A model generated the notes under the pieces. That model searched no databases and was not told the origin of the DNA. It saw only the letters and a program-made list of their open reading frames with translations. This document shows, piece after piece, positions 19,958-29,041 of a stretch of 64,000 nucleotides of DNA. Both the position numbers and the translations under genes were made by a program. Every line of letters begins with the position of its first letter. Positions within the stretch are counted from its first letter, which is position 1. The stretch covers positions 64,001 to 128,000 of the forward strand of contig JBBRNJ010000001.1 of the NCBI GenBank assembly GCA_038230375.1. The letters are read 5' to 3'. This DNA is from Polyangiales bacterium. GTDB lineage: Bacteria > Myxococcota_A > Polyangia > Polyangiales > Polyangiaceae.

Positions 19958-20847
19958 GCAGAGGTCGTAGCATGCGGCGGTGCCAGCGCCGAGCCGCCAA
20001 AGCGCAGGACCACGCACGTCACGTTGTCGGGGCCACCCTCCTCGTTCGCACGGGAGATCAGCACCTCGCAGGCGCGCTCGGGCGTGACGTTCGCGCGAAG
20101 GATGCGCGCGATCTCGTCATCGGCGAGCGGCCCCGTGAGGCCGTCGGAGCAGAGCAGCACGACGTCCTCCTTCTCGAGTTTCAAGGTCGTGATCGCGACG
20201 TCGAGCTTGGGTGACGAACCGAGCGCCTGCAGGATGATGTGCCCGCCATCGAACCTCTCGGCCTCTTCCGGCGTGAGCTGCCCGGACTCCATCAGCATGC
20301 GCGCGAGCGTCTGATCCTTCGTGAGCGGCGTGAAGGCAAGACCTCGCAGCAGGTACGCGCGCGAGTCCCCGACCTGCGCCACGACCAACGTGTCCGCGGC
20401 GACGGAGATCACGGTCGCCGTGGTCCCCATGCGCGCGTACTCGGGTTGCTCGCGCGCGACCCTTGCGATCCGGTCGGACGCAGCCTGCACGCTGGACCGC
20501 AGCGCGGCCGCGAGCGCTGTGACGTCCGCGTTCAGGGTCGCCTGTTCGCGCATCGAGACGTAGAGCGCTTCGCTGCCCAGCCGGCTCGCGACCTCTCCGC
20601 CGGCCTCGCCGCCCATGCCGTCCAGCACGGCGCAGAGGAAGCGTCCGGGAACCACGTCCCACACCTCGGAGACCGCGCGGTCTGTCCGCAGCGTGTCGCG
20701 CGCCAGGTCGCAGACGAGCACGCTGTCCTCGTTGTTCGAGCGATGACGCCCGATGTCGCTCTTCGCCGCCACATGAACGCAGACCGCGGGCCCCTTCCTG
20801 GGGACGGCGGGAGGGGGAAACGGATCGGCTTCTCGGGTGAATCTCAT
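19954..20847 (-). CDS. PP2C-family Ser/Thr phosphatase
   Basis: SDIGRHRSNNED, DGMGG, MGTT, VGDSRAY, LLCSDGL, GGPDNVT. Confidence 0.95.
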   Translation of the reverse strand: MRFTREADPFPPPAVPRKGPAVCVHVAAKSDIGRHRSNNEDSVLVCDLARDTLRTDRAVSEVWDVVPGRFLCAVLDGMGGEAGGEVASRLGSEALYVSMREQATLNADVTALAAALRSSVQAASDRIARVAREQPEYARMGTTATVISVAADTLVVAQVGDSRAYLLRGLAFTPLTKDQTLARMLMESGQLTPEEAERFDGGHIILQALGSSPKLDVAITTLKLEKEDVVLLCSDGLTGPLADDEIARILRANVTPERACEVLISRANEEGGPDNVTCVVLRFGGSALAPPHATTSA

Positions 20848-20872
20848 GCTTCACAATCTGAATCAGTTTCTT

Positions 20873-20910
20873 CTGTTGTCAACTGTTGTCACCAGTGAAG
20901 ATGACAACAG
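20873..20910. promoter_or_regulatory. Triple CTGTTGTCA box in divergent promoter region
   Basis: CTGTTGTCA at 20873 and 20883, inverted TGACAACAG at 20902. Confidence 0.6.
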
Positions 20911-20935
20911 ACGCTGGTACGCGTAGGATCCACGG

Positions 20936-21517
20936 GTGGTGAAGAAGAGCGTGGAAGCTGAGGCCGCTGGAGCGAACCAGGGCAGCGACGTGGACGCGGC
21001 CGGCTTCGGCGTGCGGCTCGCGGAGGCGATGACATCGCGCGGCCTCTCCGGGGGCGAGCTGGGTCGTCGTGCGGGGTTCACGTCGCAATACGTGAACTCG
21101 CTCTCGAAGGGCGATCGCGGCGCGCGCCTTCCACACGACACGGCGAAGCGACTCGCGCACGCGCTCGGCGTGTCCGTTGAATGGCTGACCAAGGGCGATG
21201 GCCCGCGCGAGCGTCTGAGCGACGTCTACCCTGCGCACGTACCGCGCGCGCGAGCGCCCTACCCTTCGGACATCTTCCCCAGCCGCGCCGAGGCGATCGC
21301 GCTCCTTTCATCCGTCGCGCCGCCAGAGGTGATCGCCGCCCTCCGCGAGGTGGTCCCCGAGATGGATGGAGATCCCGGCCGCGACTTCTGGATCGACTAC
21401 GCGAAGGAGCTCACGCGCACCTTCCGTCGGATCAAGGACGACCCCGACTTCGGGGGCGACGGAGCCGACCGCGCGCCCCGCTCCAGCTTCGCGATCAAGG
21501 CCACGAAGAAGAAATGA
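20936..21517 (+). CDS. XRE-family HTH transcriptional regulator
   Basis: RLAEAMTSRGLSGGELGRRAGFTSQYVNSL...LAHALGVSVEWL. Confidence 0.85.
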   Translation: MVKKSVEAEAAGANQGSDVDAAGFGVRLAEAMTSRGLSGGELGRRAGFTSQYVNSLSKGDRGARLPHDTAKRLAHALGVSVEWLTKGDGPRERLSDVYPAHVPRARAPYPSDIFPSRAEAIALLSSVAPPEVIAALREVVPEMDGDPGRDFWIDYAKELTRTFRRIKDDPDFGGDGADRAPRSSFAIKATKKK

Positions 21518-22030
21518 TCACTTCGCGTAGTAGCGAGTCGGCACGTCCACGGCGCTGCCGCTGAACGCCGGGATCGCAACGTCGAACGCGTCACGCATGC
21601 AGAGCTGCGCGTCCTCGCTGATCGGCTGGCGCAGCGTGACGCGGCTCACGCGGCCGCTGGGCTCGAACGTGATCGTGGCCGCACCGTAGCCGGCGGGGAG
21701 ACCGCGCTCACGACATGCGGAGACATCCACATCGAGGGCTGCGCGAGCGGTGCCCTGAGAGAACGCGGGCGTTCCCGTGCTGGCAGACGGCTTGAACGCA
21801 GGGTCGTTGAGATCCACTTGCTCGAAGTCGCGCGGCGCCTCCTCTTCCGCAACGGGGACCACGACGACGGGAACGTCGGACTGCGCCGAGAGCTCCGCGG
21901 AGATGGCGGCCATCGCGATGAAGGTCCCGGCGTGAGGCACCACCATCGGCGCCAGCGCAGCCATCCCACGGCAGCCCGTGAGGAGCGCGGGGACGATGGC
22001 GAGAAGCGGGAGAAGGCGGCTGTTGCGCAT
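21518..22030 (-). CDS. Lipoprotein with TonB-C/AgmX-like C-terminal domain
   Basis: Lipobox LTGC; C...ITFEPSGRV...C...PAFSG..V.VP pattern. Confidence 0.7.
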   Translation of the reverse strand: MRNSRLLPLLAIVPALLTGCRGMAALAPMVVPHAGTFIAMAAISAELSAQSDVPVVVVPVAEEEAPRDFEQVDLNDPAFKPSASTGTPAFSQGTARAALDVDVSACRERGLPAGYGAATITFEPSGRVSRVTLRQPISEDAQLCMRDAFDVAIPAFSGSAVDVPTRYYAK

Positions 22031-22113
22031 GTCCGTCAGACGAACGTGCGTCCCCACGAATTCAAGCAAGCCACTGTCCCAAAAACGAGCGACGCCCGCC
22101 AACTGGCGTTTTT

Positions 22114-22908
22114 TCAGGGCTTCGCTGGCTGGAACGGGCCCATGAACGGTGGCTTGGACTCCGCCGCGCCCATGTCGTCGGCGGCGTAATAGGCGACGAT
22201 CATCTCGCGTGCGCCGGGGCGTGTGTAGATGTCCGCGCGCGGATGGGCGATCGCTTCGGCGATCACGGACGCCACCTCTTCCGCGGTCTGCGCGCCGGGC
22301 ATCTTTCGCGAGTCCATGCCGCCGTGGAGGGCGTTCGTGCCGAACTCGGTCGCGACGATCCCGGGATGCACCACCGTCACCATCACGTCGGGCAGCTCGC
22401 TCTTGAGCTCCATGCGGAGGTTTGCGCTGAGCGCGTTCATGGCGTGCTTCGAGGCAGAGTAGGCCGAGCGGAAGGTCGCCAGCGGCATGCGCCCCAGCAG
22501 CGACGACACGTTGATGATGTGACCGCTCTTCTGCGCGCGGAACGTGGGGAGCACGGTCTGCATGCCGTAGAGCACGGACTTCACGTTCATCAGCATCATC
22601 TGATCGATGTCATCATCAGTGAGCGCGGAGACGACCTTGGTGATGCCGCGTCCTGCATTGTTGACCCACACGTCGATGCGGCCATGCTTCGCGAGCGCAG
22701 CGTCCCGCAGACTGTCCACGTCGGAGCGGCGCGTGACGTCGCACACGAACGGGAGCGCGTTCGGACCGCACGCGGCGGCCACCTCGTTGAGCTCCTTCTC
22801 ACGGCGCGCTGCAAGGACGACCTTCGCGCCAGCCTTCGCCAGCGTGACTGCGAGCGCCGCACCGATACCAGCGCTGGCTCCGGTGATGACCACGACCTTG
22901 TCTCTCAT
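22114..22908 (-). CDS. Short-chain dehydrogenase/reductase
   Basis: TGASAGIG, NNAG, NVSS, YSASK. Confidence 0.95.
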   Translation of the reverse strand: MRDKVVVITGASAGIGAALAVTLAKAGAKVVLAARREKELNEVAAACGPNALPFVCDVTRRSDVDSLRDAALAKHGRIDVWVNNAGRGITKVVSALTDDDIDQMMLMNVKSVLYGMQTVLPTFRAQKSGHIINVSSLLGRMPLATFRSAYSASKHAMNALSANLRMELKSELPDVMVTVVHPGIVATEFGTNALHGGMDSRKMPGAQTAEEVASVIAEAIAHPRADIYTRPGAREMIVAYYAADDMGAAESKPPFMGPFQPAKP

Positions 22909-22954
22909 GGACCCGAAGCTACTACTTCGTCACGAGTCCGTCGCTACCTGGCCG

Positions 22955-23311
22955 CTACTTCGTGCGGGGCTTCAGACCCTGAAACGGATCGTGCGGCGAC
23001 GAGTCCGGCGCGGACGGCAGCGCGTCGAGCGTGGGCGCGCTGTTTGGGCTGTGAGCAGAGGACAGGATCGAGAGACATCCCTCCGACTGCAGCTGAGCAA
23101 AGACCGCCTGCGCGTGCTTCGGATCCACGCCAGCGACCTCTGCGATCTGGCGGACCGTGGACTCCCCATCGATCGCCGCAATGAGCAGACGTACCTCGGG
23201 GCTCTCGATCCCACCGTCTGGCGGGAAGAGCAGGATGGGCACGTCCCCGAGCAGGACGACCTTGTCGATGGAGACCGTCGGGTGGGCCTCTTGTTCCGGC
23301 GGCTTCATCAC
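22955..23311 (-). CDS. Small protein with winged-helix-like segment
   Basis: LLIAAIDGESTVRQIAEVAG...VFAQLQSEGCL. Confidence 0.6.
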   Translation of the reverse strand: MMKPPEQEAHPTVSIDKVVLLGDVPILLFPPDGGIESPEVRLLIAAIDGESTVRQIAEVAGVDPKHAQAVFAQLQSEGCLSILSSAHSPNSAPTLDALPSAPDSSPHDPFQGLKPRTK

Positions 23312-23332
23312 TCCGTCTTCATCGATATCACC

Positions 23333-24259
23333 TTATTTCTGCCCGAGGAATGCTGCAAAAGCTGCCTTCCGCTCCGCCATGATCTCGTCCAGGCCTCTCG
23401 GAATGACGAACGTGAGCGTCTCACCCAGGCGCTCGAGCGCCTCCGCGTAGGTCCCGGCGCCCCGCACCTCTTCGAGCTCCGTCGACGAGAAGACCGGCAC
23501 GCCACGCGGATCGGTGTGGAGGGCGGCCCACGTGCTCTTCGCTTCCCCGAGCGCGAGCGCGACCATCTCTTCCTTGTCGCCCCCGGCGCGATCGGTGTGG
23601 ACCACCACGGTCCCATCGGCGAGCGTGAACGACTCGTTGACGCCGAGCATACCGCGCTCGAGAACGAATGGCGCATCTGGCCCGCGCACGAGCATGAACA
23701 CCGCGGTCCCGTCTGCGAAGGCGGCCGTGAGCGCCTCCAGGTTCACGCCCGCGCCAAGGATGTCCGCCATCTGCGCGCGCAGCTTCTCTGCCGTGATGTC
23801 GGGCGGCATCACGCTGCGTGTGAACGTCTCTTCGTCGTGCTCCACCTCGCCGGCCTGCACGGCGCGCGCGTATTCCATGATGCGGTTCACCTCCGCCATC
23901 TGGGCCTCCAACAACGCCGCGCTCTCCTCCTCCGTGTAGATGCGTGCTGGCACCCACACGCCCGCGCCGCCCACCTCACGCAGCAGCGCCTCGTAGCTCT
24001 GCGCGCGCGGCTCGCATACGTCTGGATAGAAGAAGAATCCGCGCGGCTCGTCGTGCGCGTCGAGGAGCCCGCGCCCGTACGACGAGAGGATCGCAACGCC
24101 CTGCTCGGGGTCAGCCGAGAGCCCCGCGAACCTCACGAACGTCGAGACGAGCACCGTGCCATCCGGAAGCACCGTCGCATGCGTGACCTCGGGGTCGAGC
24201 ACGTCTCGCAGGTGGGCGGGGCTCTTGGGTCGGACGACCATGACGGCATCAACGCTCAT
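23333..24259 (-). CDS. Hypothetical protein with internally duplicated domain
   Basis: MVVR..DGTVLV..HDEPRG..SYE and MLVR..DGTVVV..HTDPRG..TY copies. Confidence 0.75.
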   Translation of the reverse strand: MSVDAVMVVRPKSPAHLRDVLDPEVTHATVLPDGTVLVSTFVRFAGLSADPEQGVAILSSYGRGLLDAHDEPRGFFFYPDVCEPRAQSYEALLREVGGAGVWVPARIYTEEESAALLEAQMAEVNRIMEYARAVQAGEVEHDEETFTRSVMPPDITAEKLRAQMADILGAGVNLEALTAAFADGTAVFMLVRGPDAPFVLERGMLGVNESFTLADGTVVVHTDRAGGDKEEMVALALGEAKSTWAALHTDPRGVPVFSSTELEEVRGAGTYAEALERLGETLTFVIPRGLDEIMAERKAAFAAFLGQK

Positions 24260-24280
24260 GAGGCGTCCGAAGCAGCCAGC

Positions 24281-25345
24281 CTAGAGGCCCGCTTCGGCGG
24301 CCTTTTGCTCGATGTAGCCGTGGCAGACGGGGCGCCCGACGAAGTCCGAGTAGTCCTTCGCCAGATCCGCGTTGGTCGTGTCGTGCGGCTTGGTCGTGAC
24401 GGGCGTCATGTGCATGCAGCCCAGTCCGCCGGTGATGCAACCCGAGGCGCTCGCGTCGAGCTCGAGGTAGCCGCCCGCGTTTGCGTTGCTCATGCCGAGC
24501 GACTGCATGGTGGTTGCATTGGTGGACGACGTGCCAGTGACGGTGGAGTGCGCGCCCACGAAGTACGCGCGCTTCAGGTAGTTGATGCTGGTGGTGGAGA
24601 GCCCGTCGCCCGCGCCATCCAGGTTGAAGTAGACGATGCGGTGGAGCGCGACGCTCTTCGGATCCCAGCTGCCGGACAGCTCCGCGAAGAGCTCGTGCGC
24701 GACCAGCGTGCCCGCCGCATGCGCGACGATGACGACCGAGTTGTTCTTGGCGGTGATCTGCGGAAGGAGCGCGGCGATGATCTTCGTGTTGCCGATCTCC
24801 GTTTGCGAATACTGCGGGTCGCTCGGGCCCTGCACTGCATAGATGGTGCGAATGCCGTGCTGCTGCAGCGACGCGCGATAGAGCGCGGTGGCCCACGCCT
24901 CTGCGCCCGCAAGGCTGACACCGTATGCGGCGTACGCGACGAGCACGCCGCTCGCGCCCGGGTTCTGCGTGTCCTTCGACGCCACGCCGGTGCCCACGGT
25001 CACGCCCGTGGCCCACGGGATCGTGTCGGGGTCGGGAGCGGGGGGCGGCAGCGTGGACGCATCTGCTGAAGGCGTCGTGCCTGCATCGCTGTCGCTGTTG
25101 TCGCCACCACTGCCGTTCGCAGCAGGCGAAGCATCGGCGTGGGTGCCCGCGTCGTCGGTCGCGCCGGTCGGCGCAGGGTCCGTGCTGCTCTGGTCCGTGC
25201 CGGGCTCACCGATCTGCGCGCCCGCCTGTCCGCTGCAAGCTGCGAGCGACAGGAATGCAGCGCAGAGCGCTGGACCAGCGGCGAGCCGGAGTGAGCGGTG
25301 GAGAGCGATGAGGGCGGCGTGACCTGGGGCGCTGTTCACACCCAC
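24281..25345 (-). CDS. Lipoprotein with alpha/beta-hydrolase-like domain
   Basis: Lipobox LAAC; DAG linker; VVIVAHAAG elbow-like motif; start uncertain. Confidence 0.7.
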   Translation of the reverse strand: MGVNSAPGHAALIALHRSLRLAAGPALCAAFLSLAACSGQAGAQIGEPGTDQSSTDPAPTGATDDAGTHADASPAANGSGGDNSDSDAGTTPSADASTLPPPAPDPDTIPWATGVTVGTGVASKDTQNPGASGVLVAYAAYGVSLAGAEAWATALYRASLQQHGIRTIYAVQGPSDPQYSQTEIGNTKIIAALLPQITAKNNSVVIVAHAAGTLVAHELFAELSGSWDPKSVALHRIVYFNLDGAGDGLSTTSINYLKRAYFVGAHSTVTGTSSTNATTMQSLGMSNANAGGYLELDASASGCITGGLGCMHMTPVTTKPHDTTNADLAKDYSDFVGRPVCHGYIEQKAAEAGL

Positions 25346-25492
25346 CTACATAGTCGTACTTTGGAGTCTGTCGAGCCGATTCTGGCGTGTATCACGAAAA
25401 TCTATCGGCCATAAGAGCGTGTGTATCCGAGCAGATACGCGAGAATGCTCCGAAGATGGACGGGGCAGGATCCAAGCGCCGACCACAGACAC

Positions 25493-25523
25493 GGACTTCA
25501 ACCTTGACCCTTGACCTCCACTT
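25493..25523 (+). repeat. Degenerate CGACCT-type hexamer tract
   Basis: ggactt caacct tgaccct tgacct ccactt. Confidence 0.4.
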
Positions 25524-25684
25524 TGGAAGTGGACGCCGACCCTCGATCCTCCCCTCTGCTTCCGACTCCGCCTCCACGTCCGCTCAGGCTCGCGTGTCCG
25601 TGCGGGTGGTCGCCGTGGTGACCATCTTTTCATGCGTTCACAGCCAGCTACGCTTGGGATCTGTCGGCGCCCACGCAAAACGCT

Positions 25685-28126
25685 TTGTTGCCGATGCTCG
25701 TTGCGGAGCACGTCGATGCTGACATGCGCGACTTCCTCGAGGGAGTGTCACTGCGTGGAGGCATTGCTGTCGTCCCGCTGGTGGACCCACCCAGCGGGGA
25801 TGGCGATCACACACTGGCGATCTACGTGAAGGGTGATGCACACCCGACCCTCTTGATCGCGCGACCTGCCGGACCAGATGGCCCGTCGGGGCAGCCACTG
25901 CAGCTCCGGCCATACGCACAACCATCGACCGTCACGCCCCAGGATGCGCCCGCGCAGGAACGCGACACCGGTGTGCAGCTGAAGTTCTCGCTGGGCGAGA
26001 TCGTCGGACGTTCGCTTGCGGGAGGCAAACTACGCGTGGAGGCGGCGATCGCCAGCGGCGGTGCTGGCGCTGTCTACCGGGCGGCGCATCGCGATCTCGG
26101 AAGACACGTGGCGGTCAAGCTGATGAAGAGGGACGCCGGCCTGGCGCCGCACCTGACGGAAGCCTTCCAGGCAGAGGCGCAGGCGATGTGCCGCCTCGAT
26201 CATCCGAATCTCGTACGCGTGTTCGACTTCGGGGTGGAACCGGACGGACTGCTCTACATCTCGATGGAGTACCTGGAGGGCATCTCTCTCGAGCAACTCG
26301 TCACGCGTCTCGGGCGGCTCTCCCTGGAACGCGCAGTGGAGATCATGCTGCAGGTCTGCGCGGGGCTATGGCATGCACACTCGCGGGGCGTCGTTCATCG
26401 GGACGTGAAGCCCTCGAACGTGATGCTCGTGACCGGCCACGATGATGACGGGCGGCCGGTGGAGGTCGTCAAGCTCTGCGATTTTGGCATCGCCCTGCAG
26501 GTGGGCAACCGCGACGACGACCGCCGCGCGGTGGGTACGCCCGAGTACATGTCGCCGGAGCAATGCAAGGGGGCGCAGCTCGACGGACGCAGCGACGTGT
26601 ACGCGTGTGGCGTGATGCTCTACGAGCTCGTCACTGGACGAAGGCCGTTCGACGCGGACAGTCCCGAAGAGTTTGCGCGGCAGCATCTCACGATCCGACC
26701 GCCGCCGCCTTCGCGCTTCGTCCCCGCCATGGACCCCGACTTCGAGCGCGTGATCTTGTGCGCCCTCGAGAAGGCGCCCGAGGCGCGGCAGGGCTCGGCG
26801 CGCGAGCTGCGCCAGACGCTCTCGGAGATCCTGGCACGCCGGTCGGTCATGCCGGTGCTCTCGCGGCCCCCGCCGATGCGCGCGCCAGCATCGAGCATGC
26901 CTGAACTCCCGGTCGCCGCGCGGCGGGTGCCCGAGCCGGCTGTTCCCGCCGCCGACTGGCTGGAGGATTCACGCGCCAGCTACGACAACTTCTTCTCGAC
27001 GGTGAACCGACCGATCGAGACCGGCACGTACCACGAAGGGGACGCCCTGGCGCGGGAGGTGGCAGCCGCACCAGCGGAGCGGCTCCGCGCGATGGCGGCG
27101 CTGCGAAATAGCCCTGAGTTCGCGCAGCAAGCTGCGGCGCTCGAGATCGCGGTGAAGACTCTGGCCAAGCGCGGTGACGTTGTTGCGCTCGCGGAGGTTG
27201 TCCGCGTGATGGCGGCAGTGTACGCGGAGGACCAGGCTCGTTCCACGCCCACTCACGTCGCGGAGCGCGCGCTGCGCGTGCTTCACGCCATCGCAGATCC
27301 CCTGAGCCTGGGCCTGCTGGCGGACCGCGTGCTCGCGGACGCGTCGGTGCCGTGGGAGGTGGCATCAGCGCTGTTCACCTGGGCGAAGTCTGCGGGGGCG
27401 GTCGCGCTGCACGACGCACGTCTCCGCCTGCGCGGCGAGTCGGCGCGTCCACGCTTCGTCGCGCTGATGCGGTCCGTGGGCGAGGACGCAAGTCCGGTGC
27501 TGCAAGATGCTCTAGCGCAGCTGATGCCCGGCACCGCGACGACAGTGGCGGACCCAGAGCTGGCGCAGGATCTGCTGCGTTCGGTGCCGCCGCAGCGCGG
27601 TGTCGGAATGGGGGTCGTGGCCGCTCGCTACGTGAGGCTCGAAGATGCTCGACTGCGGGCGGCGGCGCTCACTGTGCTTGCCGCTGCGTGGGGGGAGCGC
27701 GCACTGCCGGAGCTGCAGCACGGCCTCCTGGACGCAGAAGAAGAAGTGCGGTGTGCCGCGATCGGAGGGCTGACCGACCTGCGTGCAATCGACGAGGAGA
27801 CGGCACAGGCCGTCGCGCTGTATCTGGAGCCCGGCACCGTGGCCTCTGACGAGCTGCGCGTTGCGGCGATCGACGCGCTTGGCTGGTCCTCGCATGGAGC
27901 GCGGGCGACCGCACGGAGTCTCGTGCTTGCAGCGTTGGCGCGCGGCGACGACGTGCTCGCGGTGGTGCGTGGTCGGCGTCCGGGGCCCGCCGTCATCCTC
28001 GCGCTCGCGCGCGCAGCGATGTCACTTGCGCCGGGAGATGCGGCAACGCGAATCCGTGCACGAGCCGCCAGGACGCCGGAGCCGCTGCGCGCGCAGCTCC
28101 TGGCCATCGCCACTCGCACACCGTAG
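25685..28126 (+). CDS. Cytoplasmic Ser/Thr protein kinase with C-terminal HEAT-like repeats
   Basis: GGAGAVY, VAVK, HRDVKPSN, DFG, GTPEYMSPE, SDVY; D.RLRAAAL and EEVRCAAI repeats. Confidence 0.92.
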   Translation: MLPMLVAEHVDADMRDFLEGVSLRGGIAVVPLVDPPSGDGDHTLAIYVKGDAHPTLLIARPAGPDGPSGQPLQLRPYAQPSTVTPQDAPAQERDTGVQLKFSLGEIVGRSLAGGKLRVEAAIASGGAGAVYRAAHRDLGRHVAVKLMKRDAGLAPHLTEAFQAEAQAMCRLDHPNLVRVFDFGVEPDGLLYISMEYLEGISLEQLVTRLGRLSLERAVEIMLQVCAGLWHAHSRGVVHRDVKPSNVMLVTGHDDDGRPVEVVKLCDFGIALQVGNRDDDRRAVGTPEYMSPEQCKGAQLDGRSDVYACGVMLYELVTGRRPFDADSPEEFARQHLTIRPPPPSRFVPAMDPDFERVILCALEKAPEARQGSARELRQTLSEILARRSVMPVLSRPPPMRAPASSMPELPVAARRVPEPAVPAADWLEDSRASYDNFFSTVNRPIETGTYHEGDALAREVAAAPAERLRAMAALRNSPEFAQQAAALEIAVKTLAKRGDVVALAEVVRVMAAVYAEDQARSTPTHVAERALRVLHAIADPLSLGLLADRVLADASVPWEVASALFTWAKSAGAVALHDARLRLRGESARPRFVALMRSVGEDASPVLQDALAQLMPGTATTVADPELAQDLLRSVPPQRGVGMGVVAARYVRLEDARLRAAALTVLAAAWGERALPELQHGLLDAEEEVRCAAIGGLTDLRAIDEETAQAVALYLEPGTVASDELRVAAIDALGWSSHGARATARSLVLAALARGDDVLAVVRGRRPGPAVILALARAAMSLAPGDAATRIRARAARTPEPLRAQLLAIATRTP

Positions 28127-28142
28127 CCGCGCGCGACCTCGA

Positions 28143-28949
28143 CTACCCGAAGTGGTGCGCGCTCACCATCACACCGAGCACCTTCTGCTTGAACGGCACC
28201 GTGCCCACGTCATTGCCCGCGGCTCCGGCGACGACCATCAACGGAAGCAGGTGTTCCTCGCGCGGATGACAGTCGCGCGCGTGCGGCGCCTTGGTCCAAC
28301 CGAGCAGGCGCTCGTCTCGCGTGGCTGCGGCGCTCTCCGTGGTCTCGACGAGCCATGCGTCGAACGCCACCGACGCCGCCAGCCCCGCGGGACCGAAGCC
28401 GCGCAGGTTGTGGAAGCTCATGCCGCTGCCCACGATGAGTACGCCTTCGTCACGCAATGGAGCGAGCGCGCGCCCGATCTCGAGGTGCGCCTTCGGATCG
28501 AGCCCCTTGACGAGCGAGAGCTGGAACGTCGGTATCTCCGCCTCCGGGTAGCTCACCTTCAGCGGAACGAACGTGCCGTGATCGAACCCGCGCGTGTCAT
28601 CGACGGCGGTCTCGAAGCCAGCGCTGGAGAGCAGCTCGCGCACACGCTCCGCGATCTCCGGCGCGCCTGGTGCCGGCCAGGTGAGCTCGTACGACGCCTG
28701 CGGGAAGCCGCCATAGTCGAAGAGGAGTGGTGGATGCGCGCTGGTCTGCACGGTGGGCAGGCGCTCCTCCCAGTGGGCCGACACACAGAGGATGGCGCGC
28801 GGCTTCTCCCTGGGCACGGCGGGGAGCGCGCGCAGGTACTCTGCGAGCGCATCCCATTCCTCGCGCTTCCCGAAGCCAACGTCGACGAAGGGCCACGGGC
28901 CGCCTCCGTGAGGAATGTAGACGGTCGGCATACGGATGCTCTTGCTCAT
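28143..28949 (-). CDS. Class III extradiol dioxygenase (LigB / DODA / YgiD-like)
   Basis: HGGGP, VSAHW, YDYGGFP, DHG..VPL, GSG.SFHNL, HPREEHLLPL. Confidence 0.92.
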   Translation of the reverse strand: MSKSIRMPTVYIPHGGGPWPFVDVGFGKREEWDALAEYLRALPAVPREKPRAILCVSAHWEERLPTVQTSAHPPLLFDYGGFPQASYELTWPAPGAPEIAERVRELLSSAGFETAVDDTRGFDHGTFVPLKVSYPEAEIPTFQLSLVKGLDPKAHLEIGRALAPLRDEGVLIVGSGMSFHNLRGFGPAGLAASVAFDAWLVETTESAAATRDERLLGWTKAPHARDCHPREEHLLPLMVVAGAAGNDVGTVPFKQKVLGVMVSAHHFG

Positions 28950-29041
28950 GCGCCCAAGGTAACGCAGCGCGGACAACGCCGCAGGGGGCTGCTTGGGCAA
29001 CAGTCCGTTTCACCCCACGCAAATGAACGGGCAGGGTCTCA

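Noticed and set aside
22065..22080. Weak sigma54-like box (GGGACAGTGGCTTGCT, minus strand) upstream of the lipoprotein at 22030
   Set aside because: GG-N10-GC spacing holds but the -24 element is poor; not supportable alone.
22607..25069. 820-aa plus-strand ORF, and similar long ORFs such as 50573-52360, 31959-33392 and 61541-63016
   Set aside because: Antisense or alternate-frame shadows of well-supported genes in high-GC DNA; Arg/Ala-rich with no motifs.
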